From: an uncultured virus (IMG/VR IMGVR_UViG_3300001605_000027)
Taxonomy: Duplodnaviria > Heunggongvirae > Uroviricota > Caudoviricetes
DNA: 20,000 nt
Strand: one strand, 5' to 3'
IMG/VR virus record: IMGVR_UViG_3300001605_000027
Positions 1-8,047 of the stretch are shown piece after piece (the stretch's first letter is position 1; the number at the start of each line of letters is the position of its first letter). Made by a program: the position numbers and the translations under genes. Under the pieces are notes generated by a model. That model saw nothing but the letters and a program-made list of their open reading frames with translations, was not told the DNA's origin and made no database searches.

Positions 1-2
1 GA

Positions 3-1283
3 ACCGGCAAGTCCGCCACTACCGTCGCATTGCTCGAAAACTGGCCAATTGCGACGGCCACTATCTTATGCCCACGTTCGGTGATCGGCGTTTGGCGTCG
101 TGAGTTTGAACGCCATGCCGACGGCTTGGTCAAGGTGTTGTGTCTCGACAAAGGCACCGCAGCCAAGAAGTCCGCAGCGGTTGAAGACTTCGTGGCAGGC
201 CAGCGAGACTTTCTTCGCGTCGTGGTGGTGAACTACGAATCGGCATGGCGGCCCGGATTGGCCGAGCGTCTGTTGCTAACCGACTTCGACGCCGTGGTTC
301 TCGACGAATCGCATCGGATTAAATCGCATAGCGGCAACGCGTCCAAGTTCGCGTACAAACTGGGCAAGGCGGCCCGTCGTCGGCTGTGCCTTACCGGCAC
401 CCCGATGCCTCACTCGCCGCTTGATCTGTATGCCCAGTATCGATTCTTAGAACCGGCGATCTTCGGCACTTCGTTTACGGCGTTTCGATCAAAGTACGCC
501 GTCACTGATCCCAACTATCACAACCGCGTGTTGAGATTCCAAAACCAAGAGGAACTGACCGCCGAAGCCGAACCGCTGATGATTCGCATCAAGTCCAGCG
601 ACGTTCTCGATCTGCCGCCAATCGTCGAACAAGTAATCGACATCGAACTCGAACCCAAGGCCCGCAAGGCTTATGAGCAACTCAAAAGCGAGATGATTGT
701 CGAACTCGAAGCCGGAACTATCACGGCTGGCAACGCGTTGACAAAACTTTTGAGACTTCAACAGATAACCAGCGGTTGGGTCAAGACCGAAGACGAACGG
801 ATGATCGAAGTGTCCGACGCCAAGCGGCAAGTGTTAGAAGAAATGATCGACGACATGGGGCCGGATGAGCCGGTGGTGGTGTTCTGTCGATTCTCAAGCG
901 ACATCGAAGCCGTTCGTAAGGTTGCCAAGAATCTTGGCCGCGTGTTCGGCGAAATCTCGGGAAGCCATAAGGATTTGACGCCGCATTCAACCATGCCCGA
1001 AGGCATTCAAGTCATGGCCGTCCAACAACAGTCTGGCGGCACGGGTATCGACCTGACGGCGGCCCGTTATGTGGTGTGGTTCTCGCAGTCGTTCAGTCTT
1101 GGCGACAACGACCAAGCCAACGCACGGGTACACCGCCCGGGGCAAACCAAGCCAGTGACCATCTATCGGTTGTCGGTTGTCGATTCAGTCGACCAACTGA
1201 TCGCCCGGGCAATCGAGCAACGTCGTTCGGTTGTCGATTACGTGTTGGATTCTATTCGTCCCAAGGTAGCGGAGAGCATTTGA
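3..1283 (+). CDS. SNF2-family (SF2) DExH helicase, 5' partial
   Basis: The frame is open from base 3 with a Walker A tail TGKS. Motifs follow: VLDESHRIK (II), LTGTPMPHSPLDLYAQY (III), LLRLQQI, VVFCRF, GGTGIDLT (V) and QANARVHRPGQ (VI). Confidence 0.95.
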   Translation, partial: TGKSATTVALLENWPIATATILCPRSVIGVWRREFERHADGLVKVLCLDKGTAAKKSAAVEDFVAGQRDFLRVVVVNYESAWRPGLAERLLLTDFDAVVLDESHRIKSHSGNASKFAYKLGKAARRRLCLTGTPMPHSPLDLYAQYRFLEPAIFGTSFTAFRSKYAVTDPNYHNRVLRFQNQEELTAEAEPLMIRIKSSDVLDLPPIVEQVIDIELEPKARKAYEQLKSEMIVELEAGTITAGNALTKLLRLQQITSGWVKTEDERMIEVSDAKRQVLEEMIDDMGPDEPVVVFCRFSSDIEAVRKVAKNLGRVFGEISGSHKDLTPHSTMPEGIQVMAVQQQSGGTGIDLTAARYVVWFSQSFSLGDNDQANARVHRPGQTKPVTIYRLSVVDSVDQLIARAIEQRRSVVDYVLDSIRPKVAESI

Positions 1284-1284
1284 A

Positions 1285-1767
1285 ATGAGCGAAGGTTATG
1301 AGAATATCAACGAGTCAGCGACGATCGTTATTGATCGCAATTCCCAATACGTCCCCGCCGACGAAGTCGATCGGTTGCTGATGTTGGCCGAGCGTATCAA
1401 GACCGCCGACACCGAGTTGAAAGAACTCAAGTCGCAATACGATGAATTGGAATCGCTGATCGTCGAACAGTGGGCGGCTATTGGCAAGCAGTCCGAGAGT
1501 CGTCGCGGCAAAACGATCTTTCGCAAGCGTGAGTTTCAGTGTTCGACCAAGTCGGGCCAAGGCAACGCACTGAAAGACGCCGTCGAAGCCAACGGGCTGG
1601 GTCAATTTGTCAACGAGTCGGTGACCATCGGATCGCTCAAGTCATGGATTCGCGAGCGGTTGCAATACACCGAAAGCGGCGATCTGGATTTGTCGCAAGT
1701 ACCGGCGGAAATCGTCGAAAAACTCAACGTCCACGAACGCTTCGTCGTGGGCATCCGAAACAGTTAG
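1285..1767 (+). CDS. phage coiled-coil protein of the replication module (hypothetical)
   Basis: 160-aa ORF starting 1 nt after the helicase stop, with GGAG upstream. It has a heptad-like segment RIKTADTELKELKSQYDELESLI. Confidence 0.8.
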   Translation: MSEGYENINESATIVIDRNSQYVPADEVDRLLMLAERIKTADTELKELKSQYDELESLIVEQWAAIGKQSESRRGKTIFRKREFQCSTKSGQGNALKDAVEANGLGQFVNESVTIGSLKSWIRERLQYTESGDLDLSQVPAEIVEKLNVHERFVVGIRNS

Positions 1768-1853
1768 TGTTAGCTGTCCGTTGGCTGCGTTGGTCTAACG
1801 GCATACNTTTGTGTTGTTTGCTTGTTTGTCTTTTGATTAAGTGAGTCTTAGTT

Positions 1854-2675
1854 ATGTCGAAAAGTAAGAATGAAGTTGCGGTAGCCGCCGAGTCGTCCAC
1901 CGCCGTCGCTGTTTCGGAACCCAAGCCACTGTCGCGATTCTTGGCGTTGCAGCCAGAATCCGACGTGGCCCAAGCGTTCGTGGCGAACTACGGGCCGGGC
2001 GACGAAATCCAGCAGGGCGACTTGACGGTGTTGAAAGTCCCGTCGGGCGGGGCGACGACGTGGACGTTTGAAGACGTCACCGGCGAAGTCAACGCCAAAG
2101 AAGTCGAAGGCGTGATCGTGGCTTATCAGCCGTTCGGTGTGTTGTGGCCGCATGAAAAATCCACCGAAGGATCAAGGCCGTTCATGGTGACGCATGACCT
2201 GCGGATCGGTCACCGCAAGTCCGACGACTACGGCGACATGGACCCGGCTGGTATCGAGGCGTGCCGGTTGCCCGATGGCACCTACGATTGGCAGAAGTTG
2301 CCGCAGAATCAGTGGGGCAGCGGCAAGGGTAAGGGCAAGCGTTGTAAGGAACAGCGGATCATGTGCATCTTGCGTTCGACCGACGTTCTGCCGTTGCTGT
2401 TGCGTGTCCCGCCGGGTTCGCTGTCGTCGGTCGGCAAGTTCATCAAGAAGATGACCGTGCCGTTCTTTCGCTGCGTCGTGGGGCTGTCGCTCGAAAAGGC
2501 CGTGTCCAATCAGGGCGACGCCTACGCGATCGTCAAGCCACGGTTCATCGAAGCGTTGTCGCCCGAAGAAGGCTTGGCCATCCGTAGCCGGTACACCGAA
2601 TCGCTGACCAGTGCGATTCGCGAGTATGCCGAACAAGCGATGGAATCGTCGGCGGCACAAGACGACTTGGAATAG
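1854..2675 (+). CDS. conserved phage replication/recombination protein, putative ssDNA-binding protein
   Basis: 273 aa. Motifs LKVPSGG...EVEGVI...W, NQWGSG.GKGKRCKE.R and PLLLRVPPGSL resemble a widespread phage family (recalled, not searched). It has an acidic C-terminal tail (QDDLE) and lies between helicase and primase genes. Confidence 0.7.
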   Translation: MSKSKNEVAVAAESSTAVAVSEPKPLSRFLALQPESDVAQAFVANYGPGDEIQQGDLTVLKVPSGGATTWTFEDVTGEVNAKEVEGVIVAYQPFGVLWPHEKSTEGSRPFMVTHDLRIGHRKSDDYGDMDPAGIEACRLPDGTYDWQKLPQNQWGSGKGKGKRCKEQRIMCILRSTDVLPLLLRVPPGSLSSVGKFIKKMTVPFFRCVVGLSLEKAVSNQGDAYAIVKPRFIEALSPEEGLAIRSRYTESLTSAIREYAEQAMESSAAQDDLE

Positions 2676-2690
2676 TCGCAAGTTATGAGA

Positions 2691-2720
2691 GCGGGCGGCC
2701 CGATTCGTCGGGCCGCCCGT
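2691..2720 (+). other. GC-rich stem-loop with TTCG loop
   Basis: GCGGGCGGCCCGA-TTCG-TCGGGCCGCCCGT gives 12 Watson-Crick pairs plus one G-U. It sits just after the 2675 stop and has no U-tract. Confidence 0.75.
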
Positions 2721-2783
2721 GGGTTGGTAGTGGGTAAATAGCGGGTATCGGATTCAGGATCAAACGGAATAGGACAACGGCGA

Positions 2784-3218
2784 ATGTCACAGCAAGCAAC
2801 ATCGGAATACCTTGACGCTCTGCGAAAGGCCCAAGCGGTCAAACGCGAAATCGATTTGACATGCGACGCCATGTTACGCATGCGGGAACGCGTCAAACTG
2901 GCCCAGCGAGTCGACCAAGCTATCTGGGAGATTCACGCTCTGGCACGCGAGGGACGCGACGACGTCAATAGCCAGCGGCAATGCACCGTTATCCGGGCCG
3001 CGTTGCAAGACATCGCGTCGCCGCTGCAACTCCAAGTCGAAGACTTAACCGTCCGTCTCGAACGCGAAACACGACGGGCCGATCTGGCCGAACAACGCGT
3101 CGCCGAACTCGACGCCATGATCCGACGCGGTGCCGCCAAGGCCGCCCAGGAAATCGCCGAGCTATCTAAGCGGACGATCAAGCAGTCGTCAAAGTCAACC
3201 GAATCACTGACTATCTGA
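2784..3218 (+). CDS. hypothetical coiled-coil protein
   Basis: 144-aa ORF with AGGA upstream and a helical/coiled-coil composition. Confidence 0.75.
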   Translation: MSQQATSEYLDALRKAQAVKREIDLTCDAMLRMRERVKLAQRVDQAIWEIHALAREGRDDVNSQRQCTVIRAALQDIASPLQLQVEDLTVRLERETRRADLAEQRVAELDAMIRRGAAKAAQEIAELSKRTIKQSSKSTESLTI

Positions 3219-3228
3219 GGCGGTAGAC

Positions 3229-4806
3229 TTGGCCACAACTGAACAACGGCTCGCAGCGGCCATGGCGGCTGCCGAGCGTGGGTTGCGTATCGTCATCCTG
3301 CAAGACCACAACGGGACGCCGAAGTTCCGCAAGCGACCGGTCGGCACAGATTGGGGGATCAAAGCCACCGACGACGAAGAAGCGTTGATCCGCCGGTTCG
3401 ACAAACGCCCCGACGCCAACATCGGCGTGCTGCTTGGCAAGTATCCCGAAGGCTCGAAGATTCCCGGCGTGATCGACGTCGAGTTCGATTGCGAGGAAGG
3501 ACGCATCACCGCCGAGCGGTTGTTCGGTGCCAATACGTTCACGCCGACTTACAAATCAGCCCGATCCGTCCATCGGCTGTTTCTTTGGAATGATGCTTTT
3601 CCGCCGGAGCAAAAACTTGCAATCGAAGGATTGGAGGTTCGACTGGGTGGTGGTGCAAAGCAGACGCAGTCCGTATTGCCGCCGTCGACTCACGAAGATG
3701 GCCGCGAATACCAGTGGTTGCCGGGATTGTCGATCGACGAAGTCGAATTGGCCGAAGTCCCGGAGATTCTCGCCGTCCAGTTTTGCAATGTCGAATCCAG
3801 ATTAGAAGCCGAGGGGCTTTCGTCGGCTGCATCGGGCGGCCAACGCAAGCCCGACGAACATTGGGACAAACTCAAAGATGGCGTTGCCAAAGGATCGCGA
3901 AACGAATCACTTTGCAGTCTTGTTGGCCGATGGCTTACCAATCAAGTCGAAATCGACGTCGCCGAAATCAAAGAACGGGCGATCGATTGGGGAAAGCGGT
4001 GTGACCCGCCGCTATCAGCCAACGAATGCGAGTCGGTTGTCAGGTCAGTTGTCGGACGCGAACGGAAGCGACGGGCCGCCGAAGCCGAACAGCAATCCGA
4101 GCAAGTCGCCGTGGCCGTGGCAACGCCGCCAACGAATCGAGTCTTCGGCGATGCCCCGCAGCCAGTCGCCCAGCCAGACCGGGGATCGCTGGCGTCCATC
4201 GGTATCGACCGCGTGCAGATTATCGAAAGCAAGCCACCGATGGTCATTCTCTTTTCCAAGGCGTTCGTCGATTCAAAGGATCACAGCATTACTATGCCAC
4301 TGGTTGATCTGCCTAATATCCGTCTTGTCCAAAACCACTCACTCGAACAATCGCAATCAATGCTCCCCGGTTCATGGCAGCGTCGCGGGGCGTGGCCGAA
4401 GATTTGCGCCAAGCTCATCGCCAACGCCGACAAGATTCAGCCCGATCCCGAACTCAACCGTCCGTCGATCATCGCCCGCCTTATCATCCGCTACGCCAGC
4501 CGATCGACCGGCTTCCTTACTTGCTCTGCCATTCGTGACAACGGCATGTCGAATCCGACGGGCATTGAGCAGTTGGACGATGGCCGCTGGATCATCAGCG
4601 TTCAGGCGTTTTTCCGCTATCTCTGCGACGAACGGGCGTTGGAGCGAGTCACCCGCGAAGAAGTGCTGCGGGTCATTCGATCGGTCGATGCCCAGCATGT
4701 TAATTGGTCCGGTCGCTACTGGGTTCTCGACGATCTGGCGAAGCAAAAACTCGACTCTATCGAGGGGTGTGATGCTTCTACAAAGCATAGGGGGAATCAA
4801 CAGTGA
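3229..4806 (+). CDS. bifunctional DNA primase/polymerase (Prim-Pol, AEP superfamily) with PriCT-1 domain
   Basis: N-terminal Prim-Pol motifs: ATDD, PDANIGVLLG, VIDVE, RSVHRLF, EVRLGG..QSVLPPSTH.DG.EYQW. PriCT-1 motifs: GSRNESL...G..L and CDPPLS.NE...VVRSV. TTG start with GAGG RBS. No P-loop is visible in the C-terminal half. Confidence 0.9.
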   Translation: MATTEQRLAAAMAAAERGLRIVILQDHNGTPKFRKRPVGTDWGIKATDDEEALIRRFDKRPDANIGVLLGKYPEGSKIPGVIDVEFDCEEGRITAERLFGANTFTPTYKSARSVHRLFLWNDAFPPEQKLAIEGLEVRLGGGAKQTQSVLPPSTHEDGREYQWLPGLSIDEVELAEVPEILAVQFCNVESRLEAEGLSSAASGGQRKPDEHWDKLKDGVAKGSRNESLCSLVGRWLTNQVEIDVAEIKERAIDWGKRCDPPLSANECESVVRSVVGRERKRRAAEAEQQSEQVAVAVATPPTNRVFGDAPQPVAQPDRGSLASIGIDRVQIIESKPPMVILFSKAFVDSKDHSITMPLVDLPNIRLVQNHSLEQSQSMLPGSWQRRGAWPKICAKLIANADKIQPDPELNRPSIIARLIIRYASRSTGFLTCSAIRDNGMSNPTGIEQLDDGRWIISVQAFFRYLCDERALERVTREEVLRVIRSVDAQHVNWSGRYWVLDDLAKQKLDSIEGCDASTKHRGNQQ

Positions 4807-5016
4807 CAACACTTCAAAAACACAATTTTTCGGGGGGGTCGATGTCGCAAGTCGTTGCGGCGAAAGGTGTTTAGGAAACTTACTACACTGTCAACACTTT
4901 TTTGAAAAAATCGCAATTCGTAAAAACGTGTTGCAAGTGTTGACAGTGTTGACTAGCCCGCAATTTACGGGTCGAAAATGGGCAGGGGGGTCAACACTTC
5001 ATGGTGAAGTGTTGAC
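4797..5016. repeat. putative replication origin: iterated/inverted TCAACAC(T) motifs in an A/T-tract-rich spacer
   Basis: 15-bp perfect IR ACACTGTCAACACTT (4885-4899) / AAGTGTTGACAGTGT (4935-4949). 12-bp IR GTCAACACTTCA (4990-5001) / TGAAGTGTTGAC (5005-5016). Degenerate copies at 4797-4814. It lies directly downstream of the primase gene. Confidence 0.7.
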
Positions 5017-5076
5017 TGATTTGATAATTTAGACGGTCCCTCTTTTGGGCCGTACGGCTTACTAGAGGGGTGCATT

Positions 5077-6763
5077 TTGGCGACGGTGGCAAAGCTGATT
5101 GGCGGGGCTGGAACGGGCAAGACGACCGAGCTAATGCGGATCATGGGCGAGGTTATCGGGCATGGGGTCGATCCCTTTGAGATCGGCTACGTGTCCTTCA
5201 CCAAGGCGGCGATCATGGAAGCCGCCGGGCGGGTCGAGCAAGAGTTCGGGGTAGCCGCCGAGCATCTGACAAAGCAGGGGTGGTTCCGTACTTTGCATTC
5301 GGTCTGCTACCAGTCCTTGGGGTCGATGGCCAAGGGCTTGCTGACCGACAGGAAGGCCGACCGGGAATGGCTCGAAGGCGTCCTGCAAGAGCATGTCGGC
5401 GAAGTCGTCAAGGCCATCGACGACGATCAAGGCTCTGGCGTCCGAGCGATGGCGATGGATGCCCAGTCGCCCGCATCGAACGCCCTGCGGATATGGGCGA
5501 TGGCCCGGTCCCGGCTATGCACGATCGACGAAGTGGTCGCCGAGCTATTGATCTGCGGCGAGACGCCGCCGCCGGTGGAGTATTGCCGCAAGATCGCCCA
5601 TCAATACGAGCGGTCCAAGTATCTCGACGATCGGGTCGACTTCGCCGACTTGGCCGGTCGGTTTGCGGGCTGGCGGTGGAATCCCGATGGCGACCACGAC
5701 TGGTTTGTCGATCCAATGGGCGAGACGCCGAATGTCCGCGTCTGGTTCTTCGACGAGCATCAAGACGTTAGCCGACTTCTGAACTCGGTGGCCCGGCGTC
5801 TGACCAATAGTCCGTCGTGCCAGTGGGCTTATTTCTCCGGCGATCCATTCCAATCGATCTTCGGGTTCGGCGGTGCGGACATGAATTGCTTTCTCGACAT
5901 CGAAGCCGACCGCGAACGCACGATGGAGCGTTCCTTCCGGTGTCCCGAAAACGTCCTGCGGCTGGGCGAGCGGGCTTTGTCGCGGTGTTCCAATTACTTT
6001 GACCGTGGCATCGCCCCGAATGAACCCGGCGGACTGGTCGATTTTTCGTACCGTTACCGCGATCTGCTGACGACGCTCGATCTGTCGGCGACCACGATCT
6101 TGACGGCCCGTACCAATCAGTTGGCCAGCCGGTTTATTCCCGCGTTGGATGAATCGGCCATTCCATGGATGCGGACAGAATCCGAACACGGCTATCTCTC
6201 TAAAGGCGCAAAAACAATTTGTTTTTTTCTGCGGGGATTAGAGATGGACATGAAAGAGCAAATTCCGCGCAAATTTCCGATCGGTTCGTGGCTCTCTCTT
6301 ATAGAGAAGCTGCCAGTTGGTAAAGGCGAATCGGCGTTGTTCAGCCGTGGGACCAAGACGGCGGCCAAGGCCGGAACGTTGGGCGGCGACCGATCCATGG
6401 TCACTTACGAGGATTTGGCATCGCTGGGGGCCACGGACTATCTGCTACGGACGATCGCCACCGGCCAATGGTCAAACGTCGTCGAAGGCGGCGAGCGATT
6501 CAGGCGGGCAGTGGCGGCCCATGGGATGGAAGTGGCCATGGAACCGAAAGTCCGCGTCGGCACCATCCATTCGGTCAAAGGGTCGGAGGCCGATACGGTG
6601 GTCATGCTCGACTCGCTGACGCGTCGCTGCGATATGAGCCGCCGCGTACCCCGCCGGTCGCGACGAAGAACAACGCGTGGCCTACGTCGGGATCACGCGG
6701 GCCAAGAAGCGGCTGCATATTCTTCGCCAACAGTCCGATCGCTGGCGGATGGATATCGAATGA
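5077..6763 (+). CDS. UvrD/PcrA/Rep-like SF1A helicase (one +1 frameshift at ~6638-6661)
   Basis: Motifs GGAGTGKTT, SFTKAA, RTLHS, FDEHQD, GDPFQSIFGF, SFR and TIHSVKGSEAD are in frame. Motif VI (DEEQRVAYVGITRAKKRLHIL) is in the +1 frame and ends at TGA 6761-6763. Confidence 0.88.
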
Positions 6764-7260
6764 CTAAGACGCTCGACGATCTGCTGGCCGCCGTCCCGAA
6801 GCTACGGACCTACCGGCAATTGAACACGGCCCAATTGCGATACCTACTCGATCGGCTCGACGGCCAATGCACGTGGTGCGGACACGACGTCGGGCGTCGG
6901 CAGAACTGGTGCAGCGACGAATGCGTCGAATTGTTCCAGCTTCGATGCAGTCCGCCGCATCAAGCCAAGTTCGTCGTCGCCCGCGATGGCTACATCTGTC
7001 GATTGTGTGGTCGCGACACCATCGCCGCTGAGCAAGAGTTCCACCGCCAGTGGCATCAAGCGACTGACCGCCGAACAGCGGCCAAGCGGCAACTGATGGC
7101 ATCGCTAGGCCATGGCCGGGCAGGGTGGCGGGAGGTCGATCATATCTTGCCCGTAGGCGACGGTGGCGGGCTGACTGGGCCGGAGAATCTGCGGTTACTT
7201 TGCGGGGCTTGCCATAGCGAAGTATCGAAGGGGCAAGCACTTAGGAACCAATCCGAATAA
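6760..7260 (+). CDS. HNH endonuclease with Zn-binding Cys pairs
   Basis: ATG at 6760 overlaps the helicase TGA (ATGA). Motifs: CTWCG...WCSDEC, ARDGYICRLCG and EVDHILPVGDGGG..GPENLRLLCGACH. Confidence 0.9.
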   Translation: MTKTLDDLLAAVPKLRTYRQLNTAQLRYLLDRLDGQCTWCGHDVGRRQNWCSDECVELFQLRCSPPHQAKFVVARDGYICRLCGRDTIAAEQEFHRQWHQATDRRTAAKRQLMASLGHGRAGWREVDHILPVGDGGGLTGPENLRLLCGACHSEVSKGQALRNQSE

Positions 7261-7276
7261 GTCGCTTGTTTTGCTG

Positions 7277-7305
7277 TTGACAGTTTATCGGTTAGCCGAT
7301 AACAT
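7277..7305 (+). promoter_or_regulatory. sigma70-type promoter with overlapping palindromic operator
   Basis: TTGACA (7277-7282), a 17-bp spacer, then TAACAT (7300-7305). The IR TTATCGG-N4-CCGATAA (7285-7302) covers the spacer and -10. Confidence 0.8.
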
Positions 7306-7353
7306 GGTTACTCGGTCGGTTTAATTCAGTCAATGCAACGCGGAAACAAGAGA

Positions 7354-7548
7354 ATGTTCAACGGATACAAAGTCAGCCATCCAAAACTTGATTGCACGTA
7401 TTCGGTGGTTTTGTCAAAGGAACAATATCACGAAGTGTGCAACCATCTTGGTGAAATGGGCGAAGGCGGAAAGTGCGAACGAATGTCAGACTTGTCGATT
7501 GACACTAAGTTTGATTCGCTGGTTAAAGAATTGACGCGACACTATTAA
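7354..7548 (+). CDS. small hypothetical early protein
   Basis: First ORF after the promoter (alternative ATG at 7333). Its TAA stop overlaps hammerhead 1 stem I. Confidence 0.65.
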   Translation: MFNGYKVSHPKLDCTYSVVLSKEQYHEVCNHLGEMGEGGKCERMSDLSIDTKFDSLVKELTRHY

Positions 7549-7600
7549 CCCACTGACGAGCCGGTGCGATTCCGGCGAAACGCCCACGGGCGTATGGGTT
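7547..7600 (+). ncRNA. type I hammerhead ribozyme (HHR-1), predicted cleavage after A7594 (GUA)
   Basis: Stem I AACCCA (7547-52)/UGGGUU (7595-7600); core CUGACGA (7553-59); stem II GCCGG-UGCGAUU-CCGGC (7560-76); GAAA (7577-80); stem III CGCC/GGCG with A15.1-U16.1; cleavage triplet GUA (7592-94). Confidence 0.93.
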
Positions 7601-7632
7601 CGACAACAATACTTCAACAGCAAGGCAAGACG

Positions 7633-7974
7633 ATGGCAACGACAGTAAAAACAACCCCAGCCCAACAAGCCGCCGAGTTCATGGGCCGATGCAATTCGCT
7701 CGGTTGGAAAGTCGAACGAATCGACGATAGCGTAGTCACAATTACTAAGCGATTCGCAGCGGGCGACCGCGACGGCCTTGTCGAATGCGACATGGAATAC
7801 TACGACGTTTTGGGCATGTGCCCATTGAAAGGCGGTTCAGTTTGGGGAACTGACTGCGGCGGGCTTGGTGCGATATCGGCACTTAATAGCGGCGTGTTCC
7901 GAATGAACAAATCGGGGTCTGGTGGTAAGCGTTTTGCCGCCGAAGTTCGCAAGATCATGCTATCAACCCACTGA
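7633..7974 (+). CDS. 113-aa hypothetical protein flanked by two hammerhead ribozymes
   Basis: AAGG upstream of ATG 7633. The protein reads MATTVKTTPAQQAAEF...GGSVWGTDCGGLG...MLSTH. Its TGA stop is the UGA of the CUGACGA core of HHR-2. Confidence 0.85.
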   Translation: MATTVKTTPAQQAAEFMGRCNSLGWKVERIDDSVVTITKRFAAGDRDGLVECDMEYYDVLGMCPLKGGSVWGTDCGGLGAISALNSGVFRMNKSGSGGKRFAAEVRKIMLSTH

Positions 7975-8020
7975 CGAGATCCCGGCGGGGATCGAAACGC
8001 CAGCGATGGCGTATGGGATG
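7964..8020 (+). ncRNA. type I hammerhead ribozyme (HHR-2), predicted cleavage after A8013 (GUA)
   Basis: Stem I CAACCCA (7964-70)/UGGGAUG (8014-20, one A-A mismatch); core CUGACGA (7971-77); stem II GAUCCC-GGCG-GGGAUC (7978-93); GAAA (7994-97); stem III CGCCA-GCGA-UGGCG (7998-8011); GUA (8011-13). Confidence 0.93.
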
Positions 8021-8047
8021 CAACGACAACCACCAAGGGCCGATCAA

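Noticed and set aside
1778..1845. Imperfect hairpin followed by a T-rich tract (terminator?)
   Set aside because: The stem is weak and irregular, the region contains an ambiguous base, and the T-rich tract may simply be a translational enhancer for the 1854 gene.
4940..4975. TTGACA at 4940 as a promoter -35
   Set aside because: It is part of the GTGTTGAC iteron and has no convincing -10 at 16-18 bp.
3878..5032. 384-aa alternative-frame ORF overlapping the primase gene
   Set aside because: It is an S/R/P-rich shadow frame of a GC-rich gene and runs into the origin spacer with no motifs.
5077..7260. 727-aa UvrD-HNH fusion as given in the ORF track
   Set aside because: Helicase motif VI is in another frame ending at 6763, and the HNH gene has its own ATG overlapping that stop. 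The linker is Arg-rich off-frame sequence.
7564..7632. Longer starts for the 7633 ORF (GTG 7564) and the 8048 ORF (7922)
   Set aside because: Both extensions run through ribozyme sequence. Good RBS-ATG pairs exist at 7633 and 8048.
7547..8020. CRISPR-like or simple direct-repeat reading of AACCCACTGACGAG...CGAAACGCC...GGCGTATGGG
   Set aside because: There are only two copies, about 420 nt apart, and no cas genes. The conservation pattern matches hammerhead core nucleotides with covarying stems.
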